A stretch of 64,000 nucleotides of DNA, from contig NC_086382.1 in assembly GCF_036588685.1 (NCBI RefSeq), forward strand, positions 77,996,001 through 78,060,000. Reading direction: 5' to 3'. Positions 38,956 through 49,904 of the stretch are shown here, piece by piece; the stretch's first letter is position 1; each line of letters opens with the position of its first letter. Below the pieces are notes generated by a model. That model worked only from the letters and a program-made list of their open reading frames with translations. It was not told where the DNA came from and did not search any database. This DNA is from Mytilus trossulus (taxonomy: Eukaryota). The translations under genes and the position numbers were made by a program.

Positions 38956-40800
38956 GTCAGGCGGTATTACTAACAAGGCAGCGGTAACAAAGCAAACTGC
39001 CTCTCTAGGTGTGCCCACTGCATTGGCTAGACAACAGACAAGACATGAATGGGCTGTCGAGATGGGGAAGAGTACTGCTTGCAAAAAAAGAGATTGTACT
39101 CATAAGGTGGAGGATCAGGCGCTCGTGACGTGCCATCTGTGCAATCAAGTGAAGTCGGGCCATATGCGGCGTCATTTGAAACTAGCCCACCAGCTCTGCA
39201 ATGAGGAGATCGATGCACTCCTCGTTCAGTGGACGGAAATGACGACCGGTGCTGATAATAAAAAGGCCCTGACATGTCCATACTGCAAACAGTCTCACAC
39301 TAGACTGAAAAGGCACTTGCAACTTGTACACAAATTGACTGATCCGCTATTGATTTAAGATCGCCTGGTCTCAGCGGCATTATCACGCCCGGAGACGGCC
39401 GATGGATTTATATAAATCGGTCATGACAGGCTTCGAGGCTTTCCTGTCCAGTAGAGGTGGTTACACGTACAAGCCCAGTATCGTAAAGGACTTACTACAA
39501 AAAGTTAAAACGATCTTGTCCTTTATCGTTAATGCAAGTGCCTTCACGTTTGGGTCGTTACGTGATCTGCAGAGATGTTGGGATAAAGACGGCATTCTAG
39601 AGCAGGTTGCCACTAACAAGCACGATCCGGCCCGCTGGAAAGACGTGAGAAGCCACTAGGGGCTGGTACCATGTCTAACTACGTGCTGGCATTGAAACGC
39701 TTCTGTGAGTTTCTCCACGGGAGGCAAGACCGGGTCCTAGCCATCGTACCGGACCTACATTCCTGGACTATTCTCACTATGCATGTGAACCGTGTTTATA
39801 CCACGTATAACATGGAAAAGACTAGGGACCAAGCCATGCGCCGCACAGACCAGACTCAGCTCCTGGATGGAGTGCATGTCTGGAACTACACTACGTCCGA
39901 TTTAGCTGTAAGACTAAATAAAGTTCTATCAGCTGGTACTAAGCCTACGGTTTTAACTGTGGAAGCATTCACTCTAGTCCGTGGTCACATTTTGATGCTA
40001 TTGGAAATTATGAACGGTAAGAGGGCCGGCGATTTCCGAAACCTGACCATGCAGGAATTGCAAGAAGGCACGCAAGTGGGAATTGACTACATCGTCCGGG
40101 TTCGACGACATAAGGTAATTACTAAACCTTGTAACATCAACTTCCCGGGCCTCGTCTATAATTATATGAAAACCTTTATCAAATACTATAGACCGATAGT
40201 CCTGAAAAAGGGCATCGCTACGGAGAATGTGTTTCTTGGAACCTCTGGCGCACCATTAACTAGCAGCCAAATCGTTGACGCTATGAATAAATGCTGGCAA
40301 ATATATGGATCGGAGATTAACGTGAACCTGCCACGGTTTACCACAACCAGGCTGCGTAAGTTGATCGTCACGATCCATAGATACACCACCCAGTCTAAAG
40401 AGTCCCAGGAGATCATTACCGCCTACATGGCTCATTCACCCGCGGTTGCAGACCGTTCAACCGATAACAAAATATAAAAATGTACCGGTAACGGTACGCC
40501 CAAAAATATTTAAAAATTGAAAAAGAACAAAAAACACATAAAAATATTTAAAAAAAGAAAAAAATGTTGGTTACTCCCTATCCACTCCAGCTATCTTGGG
40601 CCTGAAAATACAGCATGAGATGTGTGTATCGCCTTCTTTGTCCAGTCGTTACAGTTGAGAGGGGGTGTCTGCCTGGGAAAACCAAAAAATACCAAGTCCC
40701 GCTTATGTCCGGTACGCTTGACACGAATCAAGGGTAAAGTATCGGGGAATAATGCATTTGCCTGCTGGGCTGGCTACCACGGGTCTCTACCGCGGCTTAC

Positions 40801-40859
40801 GCTTACTAGCTTCGCCAAAGACGGTCCCAAGCCCGTTTGCAAAAGAAGTAGGGGTAGGT
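40801..40859 (+). ncRNA. Twister-ribozyme-like motif (type P1) with altered catalytic core
   Basis: GCTTAC-TAG-CTTC-GC-CAAAG-ACG-GTCCCAAGCC-CGT-TTGCAAAA-GAAG-TA-GGG-GTAGGT. P1, P2, P4 and both pseudoknots can pair as in the canonical twister; UAA is UAG and GA is UA. Confidence 0.65.
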
Positions 40860-40948
40860 CGCAAGTTTAACTTTGCTTGCATAACATGCTAGGTACCAAC
40901 ATTTTTGATACTAACCTTTTACTCCTGTTATTTCAGAACCAACTAACC

Positions 40949-41197
40949 ATGAACCAACTAACCATGCAAAGCAGATTTCTTATCCATGTTTACGACCACG
41001 GCATGCAGGGGACAATGGACCAGGTGTGGCTAGTGATCAGAGGTCCCCTTCGAACCAGGCTGGCGTATATAGTCGGGCATCACATCGTTGCGTTCTGCCC
41101 GGCTATATGCCAAGAGATTATGGAGCTGATACTGCGTCTGGGTATCTTCTGCCGTCTACATTACCTACATTACAGGAGTCCGCCAGACGGAGAATGA
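40949..41197 (+). CDS. 82-aa orphan ORF
   Basis: ctgttatttcag acceptor at 40936, ATG at 40949; followed by a T-rich region homologous to the YR1 3' region. Confidence 0.4.
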   Translation: MNQLTMQSRFLIHVYDHGMQGTMDQVWLVIRGPLRTRLAYIVGHHIVAFCPAICQEIMELILRLGIFCRLHYLHYRSPPDGE

Positions 41198-44179
41198 AGA
41201 AGGAATCATGATTAAAGTGACCGTTTTTTTTAATCTTTTTATAATTCTATTGTGATTTTTTTATGCCTAAGTAGGTGATTTTATTTGTATATTTTTATAC
41301 TCTGTTATTTTTATTTGTGATTAAAATTAAAACAGCAGTGTACGTGGGTTCGATTCCCAAACTAGGCTTTAACGGGTAACGCACGGCTGGTGCAAAGCGG
41401 GCAGATTAGCTTAGTGGCCCCGCATTGCTGTCCAAAAGAACTATCGGGCAAGACACGGGAAAAAACTTAACCATCGGGTAAAGCATGGGAAAACCAAAAT
41501 ATTAACAAGTCCCGCTTATGTCCTGTACGCCTGACACGAATCAAGGGTATTTGGGGAAAACAAAATTATAAGTCAGGCTTATGTCCTGACACGAAAGGGT
41601 TAGGCTTAGCACAAACTGTAACCCTAGCTTATGGCCTGACACCCCTAGTTCAAACCTTCGCGAAGGTGTCGGACATGAGCACACGGACGACCAAGAGACA
41701 GACAGGACTGCTCCCGGGGTGTTGTCGCATGCCCACATAAGGACTGATAACCATCCATGTACACTAGACTACACTAGGCAGCCACCGGACCGGATGTCAA
41801 AGTAAGGAAGGGTCTGAACCTACGGTATGTAAGTTCGGGTCTTGTGGGTCGATCAGGCGAAAGGGACATAAGCATCAACTTGGGACCTCTGATAAATATA
41901 TTTATCTTGGGAAGAAACAACATATATTTATCTTGGGAAGAAACAACAAAGTAAAGCTGAAAAATACTTGCCAGCATTGGTAGACAAGTTTCGTTAAGTT
42001 TTAACCGATAGTAAAAAAAGTCACTTTAAAGACCCATAACGGGTCAAAATGGCAAAGTGTCTACGTAGACGCCTGGACCTCCAAACTAACCGTCCGATCG
42101 ATGCGAAACCTATATGTTTGGAAAACCCGACCCTTTTTTAGTCGGTATACCATATGGGGGCTAAATCGATTGAGAGTTAAAGAAACGTCAGCCTCGGGAA
42201 AATAGCATACGCCACGGCTATCTGCATATCTGCTTTTTAAACCCAGCCGACCCCTAGGTTTTTGACCTGACGGTCGAACCACTAAGGCCTACAAATTTAC
42301 TGTTTAATCGTACGAGGCGATCTGTAGAAAAAACTTTCCGCCCCACGGTCATGGTTCTGCTTATGTCCTGACAGTCCCGTGAAATACTACAAATCGACAC
42401 CGGGACCGGCTATGGGCGCAACAATCTTCCCCGCGTCCATACCTTCCTATTGTATAATATTTGTTTGATTTGTTACGAGATTATGATAGGTGCAGTGTTT
42501 GCCAAAGTGCATCAAGACGTCGGGATGTAAAAGTACAGAGCCACATCATATACAGTATGTAACGAAGAAACAATAAAAAGCAAAAACTGTGAGACAGGAA
42601 ACAAACAAGTTAGCACGATACCTCGATTTACAAGCACGTCAGATGCATACGAGAAAATAATAAACTTGTTTGGTACATATTTGTTTGTTTTTTTAGTGAT
42701 CAAGATTATTAACAATGTTGACTACTGTGTATTTGACAGTTTAACCTAATAAAATCATGTCTTTTTTTGATCACGCATCGTTGTCAACTTACGCGATTGT
42801 AATACAATTGGGGGATCAAGCTAGCTTAAAACAAGGTTCAACCCACCATTTTCTACACTAGAAAAAACCTGCATCAAGTCAGAAATATGACAGTTATCCA
42901 TTCGTTTGCATCTTCGCTAGCAAAGGGTTACGATCCACTCCCGCTATCTGCACCCTTGGCGGAATGAGCCAACATTTGTGATAACAATGGTCCGCCATCT
43001 AACGGAAGATAAAAATCACGCCCATTCCGAATGCGTTATTCTTGACCAATGATAGCACTTGAACTGTCCAATTTGGAGGTAAAAACACGTTAGCATCTAG
43101 CTTCTACACACTTGGTAAAGCCGGAAATGAAAATATACATCAACATTCATGCATTTGTGCATGAAACAAACACAGGAACTTCTATTGGTTGATTAAAGAC
43201 GATTCGTTTGATGTGTTTGAGCTTTAAATTTTGCCATTTAATACGCGACTTTCTGCTTTGAATTTTTCTCGACGTTCAGTTTATTTTCTACTTTAGTGGG
43301 TTAGTGAGTGGAATATAATCATGATTTTGTACGTATCTTGTCGTAACGGAATATTCGTTTGATTGATTGTTGGTTGCTTAACGTTCAGTGGCAAATATTT
43401 CATGCATGTTCACCTACGGACCCCTCAAAGAGTTGTTGCAAGGGTTCTTAACGTGCAAAGAGCGTGGCACTCTCTTTACACGAGGCATCGGATTTAACGT
43501 CCCCATCTGACTGGACGTGATTGCGAACTTCATGCATCCGGCACAGCCAAACGGACGCCCCACTTCGGCAAGCGTTTCACTGCCGGTCGTGAGAAGACCA
43601 AGTGACCATATTTCTATACCCCAGTCACCCTTGTGGATCGGAATATTCGTGACTGGTTATAAGAATAATAACAACTGGATTTAATTGGCTTGACATTTTA
43701 CCTCTCAAGAAGTATACATTTTGGATTCATATTCTTCCATTAAAAGTAAATGTGAATATACACTATTAAAGTCATTTATCTCGAGAGAAAACAATTAAGT
43801 TTCTTAGGGCAAACACGGAAAGTGGAAAAATACCGGAGGGACATTCAAACTCGCTAGTTAAAAATAAACTGACCATATCATAAACAACAAACAAACGTCC
43901 AAAACACAATATTGACTACTAGACACTTAGCATAATATAATAATAATATTTTCTGTTCTATTCTATATACAGATTTCGAATTGAGTGTGTAAGTATTCGG
44001 ACTACATCAGCCTTATGTTATATACATACGGAGTTATTTCTTATAATATATAAACGTAAATAAACAGACAAACACGTTTTATTTTACCCGGATACCCTTA
44101 TACTTGGCTTAATAAGTGTCGGACTTGCGGGTTGTCAAGAGCAATGGGTTGTCAGACTAATGGCGTGTAACCGAAAATG

Positions 44180-45720
44180 CAACAGTATCCAAATAATGCA
44201 CATATGCGAAGTAATTTTCGTAGACTTCGCAAAGAATATAACAAATCTTTGAAATAAGCAAGACGAAAGTTTGTCAATGATTTAGTTACAAAAATGGACA
44301 CTCTACATAATATATAATACTGGACACTCTACATAATATATAATACTGGACACTCTACATAAGACACTCTACATAAATATAATACTGGACACTCTACATA
44401 AATATAATACTGGACACTCTACATAAATATAATACTGGACACTCTACATAAATATAATACTGGACACTCTACATAAATATAATACTGGACACTCTACATA
44501 AATAAAATACTGGACACTCTACATAAATATAATACTGGACACTCTACATAAAAATAATACTGGACACTCTACATAAAAATAATACTTGGGGACACTCTAC
44601 ATAAAAATAATACTGGGGGACACTCTACATAAAAATAATACTGGACACTACATAAAAATAATACTGGGGGACACTCTACATAAAAATAATCCGAAATAAA
44701 TTTGGGAGACTAACTGCCTAAAATAATCCGATTAGTATCTCTGATTGGCACAAATATATAAATGATTTATAAGAAAATAAAGATGAAGCCCCAAATTTTA
44801 TACCTACAGCTATAGATCTTTTAGATACAGACCCTCTAGATTTCCCTTTCCTTGTTATTTGTGGAGAGATCCGTTAAGGTATTCATCAGTTGAACAACAA
44901 TAAACAACCAGACATTGATATGATTCCTAACGAATTTATAAAATGTGGTAAAAATAAGTAATAACCTTCCTTCGTCAATTTATTTTATAGGATTTTGTCA
45001 TCGGGTGTATTTCCAGATTGCTGGAATGCCACATGTACCACATTTATACATAAGAATGGTGACATCAATTGTTGTGATAATTGCAGATGCCTATGTATTA
45101 CAAGCTGCTATTGAAAACATGTTTTACTTCTTTAATACAAACTAGACATAACGAATACCAAAATGAGCATAATATTTATAACAAATTTCAGGCCGGATTC
45201 AGACCAGATTACCGTACAACCGATCATAAAGGCAACAGTAGTATACCGCTGTTCAAAACTCATAAATCCATGGACAATAAAAAAAATCGGGGTAACAAAC
45301 TAAAACCGAGGGAAACGCATTAATTATAAGAGGAGAACAACGACACAACACCGAAACGCAACACACACAGAAACGGACCAAGCATCAGACAAAATACCAC
45401 GAGAATAACAAATATAACATCAAAACTGAATACATGGATTTGGGATAGACAAGTGCCGTGCCACGTCTTATCTTAATATCTCAAAAATAAAAGAAAACAA
45501 ACGACACAACGTTAAAATATTAAGGACATATTTTTCCAATTAATTTACCACATGTGTTACAATGCAATATTTGTTGTACAAAAAGACAACAGTAGAATTA
45601 AGCCATCTTAATTAGAAAAAGGTGTGAGACAAGGCGCAGGCTTAAGCCTCCTCCACTTTAATATATATATGTCAATTATATTGATTCAAAATTTGAATAT
45701 ACCTTATTAAAGACATTTGT
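44180..45720 (+). mobile_element. Highly decayed CR1-group LINE RT fragment
   Basis: Motifs KQPDIDMIPNEFIK, FQAGFRPDYRTTDH, KGVRQGAGLS; interrupted by a minisatellite and by the interspersed repeat at 45226-45520. Confidence 0.6.
44296..44690 (+). repeat. Minisatellite, 25-bp unit ggacactctacataaatataatact, about 15 copies
   Basis: Directly visible; unit variants change progressively along the array. Confidence 0.95.
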
Positions 45721-46652
45721 CTTCAGAGAAAACAATTTAGTCCAAAACACAATATTGACTACTAGACACTAAGCATCACGAACCCCGCAATATAACAGTG
45801 GTGATGCTAAAGATATGCACAAGTTTTGTTGTCGAGGAGGAACATTTGATCTTGCTATGCATTTGCTTGTCTACTTAATAAGTAGCGATTGGTATGACTC
45901 GATAAAATAGATAAATTGTGCGATCATATACAGATCGGAAGGCATGCTTTCAAACAAACATTTGTCAAAAACATTTTTTTTCTTTCAATTTTAGCATTAC
46001 ATGTAGTGGCAGCTGAGGGTGAAACAAACAAATTTTTTCTTAGAATCAAAACTTTTTTTCCAAAAGAAACCATAGCTCCTCCTTTCCCAGAAAATCAAAT
46101 GGTTGCTGCCCTAGGTCATCACGTCCAGTAGCAAATATGTCATTCTAGTTCAGGACGCGGGCAAGTTGTTTTCATTGTTTTCAACTACAATACTACGGTC
46201 TTGTCAGAGACCATCCGGGATGATGATCGGAGCAATTTAGACTTCCACTTTGAAATAAAGTTTTATTGATAGGGACAGAAATTTAGCCTTGCAACAGGCT
46301 AGCTACGGACCCAGAGTTGTTGAAAGGGTTCTTTACCTGCATTTTTAAACGAGGCATCGGATATAACGTCCCCATTCTGATCGGACGACCCACTTTGTCT
46401 ATGTTTTACTGCTGGTCAGAGGAATACAAGTGACCATACTTCTATTGCCCAGTCACCTTTAGGGGAGTTTTGTTCCTAACGATTCTAGGGCGTCAATAAT
46501 CGGCTTAGCGCGCGCTAGTTCCTGAAGATTGTCATTTTGGAAAAGTGCTTTAAACGCATGGAGTTAATAAAGTCTTGTTGTCATTAACTTTATTAATTAA
46601 TATTGTCTTGGATGAATTATTCGTTTCTCTGCACATAGTCAGCACCAAGTAT

Positions 46653-46899
46653 TGTGGTGCCGCTTATGTATACATAGAAGAACCAGTCCATATATTACAG
46701 TATGCCAAGCAATACCTCTGGACGACTGACGTCACGAGGATTCCCTTCGACTTCCGCTTACTATATTGAACACATGTATTATTGTATTATTGCTGTCTGC
46801 TGACTTATATATTCACCAGATTACAGAGATCAACAGATATTAAAGGTATTCTGTTTATCACACATACACTTTACTTATGTGTACCATATCGGCACAACA
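46653..46899 (+). repeat. 5' LTR (247 bp)
   Basis: tgtggtgccgc...ggcacaaca; 4 substitutions counted versus the 3' LTR. Confidence 0.97.
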
Positions 46900-47587
46900 T
46901 TGGCGTCGTACGACAAAGAACGAATTATTTTTAGCAAGTGAGGCGGACTCCACGAGGGCGCCTTTGCAGATTTGAAAACTTTTGATGCTTCATTTTTTTG
47001 TAAATTTATTACGTAAGCATTACCATAAATTTACTACAGATTGATAGTAGATTAAATTGCATCAATTTTTTACAGTTTATCACGTATGAAATCTTCATAT
47101 TTGATATTTTTAATCAGATAAGGTTAGGAACTTCCGGTTATCGCCATTAGGTCCTTCTTCACGGAAGTCATTTGTCTGCAATACTCCATTGCGCAGACGC
47201 AAACCGGAAACAGTCTCGATTTCTGTAACTTAGTTTCGTACATTATTTTTATACTGAATTTAGACTGATATTTTATATTAAAGAGGGTATATACTCATAA
47301 ATATTTTATGAGTAACATATTATACACCGTATAATAAAGTACAGTGTGTCAACTGAGTCTCTGTTCCAGTTCTATCCTATTTTGTTGCCTGCATTTTTGA
47401 AATTGTAAAAGTAGTAGCTTTTATAAAAAAGCTGCATTGTTTATGTCTTGAGTCGCACATAAAAGTTGTGATTTTGAGATTTATTTGCCTTGAGTAATTA
47501 CTCAGTGCAAATTATAATATTGTTTTGAGTTGCATAATATTGTAATTTGAAATATTTAAGAATATTGTAATTTGAAATAAAGACAAC

Positions 47588-49904
47588 ATGGCAGGAATTG
47601 GGGATGAGAATGAACTGAAGGAAAACATTGAAACAGAGGAGTTGATACAAGATGACATATTCACAAAAGAAAATATAGCTGATACTACTTTGACAGAACC
47701 AGCTGAAAATACCAAAATGTCATTGGAACAGCTATACCAAGAGTTTCAGGCGGATAGAAAAGCAAATGCAATAAGAGCTGTTGAGACTGAAAGCAGGGTG
47801 AAACAAAGTGAGGATCGCATTGAACAGATTTTCCATGGTTTGTTAAATATTCAAGCTGAACAAAAAGAAGCAACAAAAATCAGTACAGAAAACATAGTGG
47901 CAATATCCCAACAAGTGCAACGGTCAGAACAGAGAATTGACAAGAAGATTGATGCTAACGGTAAACGTTTAGAAGAGTTAACATCGGATAAGTTTAATGC
48001 CTTGGGAAGGCGGCTAGACAAAATGGCTGCTGCTAATGATGAGGCAAGTACCGTGCAATTCAAGAGTGCATTTGAACACACAGGTTCATTTCAGCAGATG
48101 GCATCAAGTGTTAGCGATTTGATTAACAAGAGAAGTCAAGCTCCCTTCTATGGATACTCCTGTTAAACAGAAATCTGAAGCTAGTCCATATATTGCCAGT
48201 ACTCCATTACTGCAAAATAAGCCTCCAGCATTTAGTCTCTCGCCAATTATGTCAATTGATGAGACTACACAGCCTGAATCTAAGGCAGGTACAACTCCAG
48301 TATCGAGTGACAAAGATAATGTGTTAGGGCCCCCGGCTCTGCACAATACATTGTTGTTTCAACAGATTCAGGGCAAAGGCATGCCAGAAAGTGTTGGTAG
48401 TGACCAGGAGATCTATCATATGCAAGGTTCGTTGCCACTACTGAGTGACAAGGGAAGCTTGCCAGGGCCCTCGGCTCTGCACGGGACAAACTCAGGTATG
48501 GTAACACAGCATCCATTCAAAGGCATAGAGGGAGTATCCACTGAATACAAACCCCATCATAACACAACTCCAGCAACGGCTACTTTTGCACCGTCCTATG
48601 TTGGTACACCATATGTATCTCAGGGTATCAATGTTAGTACACCTTTACACGTTGCACCAGCTACAAGTAGCGAATCATATGCAGCGTCCTTAGTACAGAG
48701 TAGACCAGCTCTGTACCCTCATATAGGATCAATGATACAACAGCCTCCGCCTGCGTTTATGACCCCTGTGATGACAACAGTAGCATCCACAGGCCCGTCA
48801 CCAATGCAAATTGACACTAGCAGGTCTTCAAGATCACGCACTAAAAAGAAAAAGGAACGAAGCCACAGCTCTTCGTCAGACTCCTCTCTTGATAGGGAGT
48901 GCTCTAGGTGGCAGGACAACTCTGGGGCGAGAGACAGGAGTAGAAGTCCCCAGCTTCCTAAAATGCAAGTTTTCACAGGAAGAGGTTTTCTTACGTGGGA
49001 AGCCTTTATCTATCAGTTTGAAAGAACAGCAGGAAGGAGACAATGGGAAAATAGGAAGAAAGTTTGCCGACTATTGGACTGTCTAGCTGATGTGGCGTTA
49101 GAATATGCAAGAAAGGTCAACATCGATGATGACTATAAGACTTTAAGGAAAGCACTGAAACAGCGTTTCAACAAAAAGGACGAACCTGTATCAGCAAGAC
49201 GCCAGTTGCAGTATGTGAGGCAGCAAGACAGTGAAACACTGGAGGAGTTTGCTGAACGGGTCCATTTTGTTGCAATAGATGGGTATGATAAATGTGACAA
49301 TTCTGTCATTGATCAAATTGGCACAGAGGCATTCCTCAGAGGTTGCAAGGACAAAGAGGCTGCCCGTCACGTGATTGAAAGGAACCCAGAGTCCATCAAT
49401 AAGGGGTTGAAAATCATGAAAACGTCCATAGCGAATCAGAAGGCTATTTATGGATCTAGAAGTCCAAATTTTGCTCACAGACAGTTCTCATTTGCTGATA
49501 GCGCTGGTAAATCACAGGACAAAGAAAGTGCTAGTACTGTTAATAGTCCATTGGAAAAGGAAGTAAGGAACTTGACTCAACTTGTGACCAAATTGACAGA
49601 GGTGATGCTTTCTTCTGATCAACATACACGTGGTAGGTCTCCCGAAAGATATACACCACCTAAGTACAATGCGTATCGATCACCTACACCACCTCCTAAT
49701 CAAAGTTCATATAGTCCTCAACAAAGGTCATATAGTCCCCAACAGAGGTCATGTAGTCCTCAACGTCAACGTTCGCCATCACCACGACCAAATTCTAGAA
49801 ATCAAGGCTACTTTAAACAACGGTCCACTTCACCTGGCGACAGAGCTTATCCAAACTCTACTCCAACAACTGAGTCTTCAAATGCCAACGGGTCGAGCCG
49901 GTAG
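47588..49904 (+). CDS. gag: Gag-like protein (one frameshift near 48150)
   Basis: Coiled-coil-like N-terminus (ORF 47588), then ORF 48150 with a capsid-like core (FTGRGFLTWEAFIYQFE...RQQDSETLEEFAERV) and an Ser/Pro/Arg-rich tail. Confidence 0.85.

Larger units (their letters stand above)
36814..40477 (+). pseudogene. YR2: spliced zinc-finger tyrosine recombinase gene (8 exons), damaged and 3'-truncated
   Basis: Predicted exons 36814-36913, 37013-37066, 37166-37282, 37380-37562, 37702-37779, 37900-37980, 38357-38549 (acceptor AG mutated to AT) and 38731 onward; all junctions keep frame. PPAKKRK NLS-like motif, fingers CHLC...HLKLAH and CPYC...HLQLVH, boxes NGKRAGDFRNL, RRHKV, TTTRLRK, YMAHS. 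Stop at 39356, two frameshifts, ends just before the catalytic Tyr. Confidence 0.8.
21481..42450 (+). mobile_element. Large (about 21 kb) tyrosine-recombinase-encoding DNA element or endogenous virus-like island
   Basis: Abrupt switch to GC-richer sequence at 21481 (cutting a LINE) and back near 42450; two YR genes; internally shared repeat blocks; no RT, DDE transposase or recognisable capsid. Boundaries approximate; no TSD found. Confidence 0.65.

Noticed and set aside
21481-42450. DIRS/Ngaro retrotransposon, Polinton or bacterial prophage contamination
   Set aside because: No RT/RNase H, no protein-primed polymerase or capsid recognised, no long TIRs; spliceosomal introns argue against a bacterial origin.
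44296-44690. CRISPR-like array
   Set aside because: Units are contiguous with no unique spacers, there are no cas genes, and the context is eukaryotic; it is a minisatellite.
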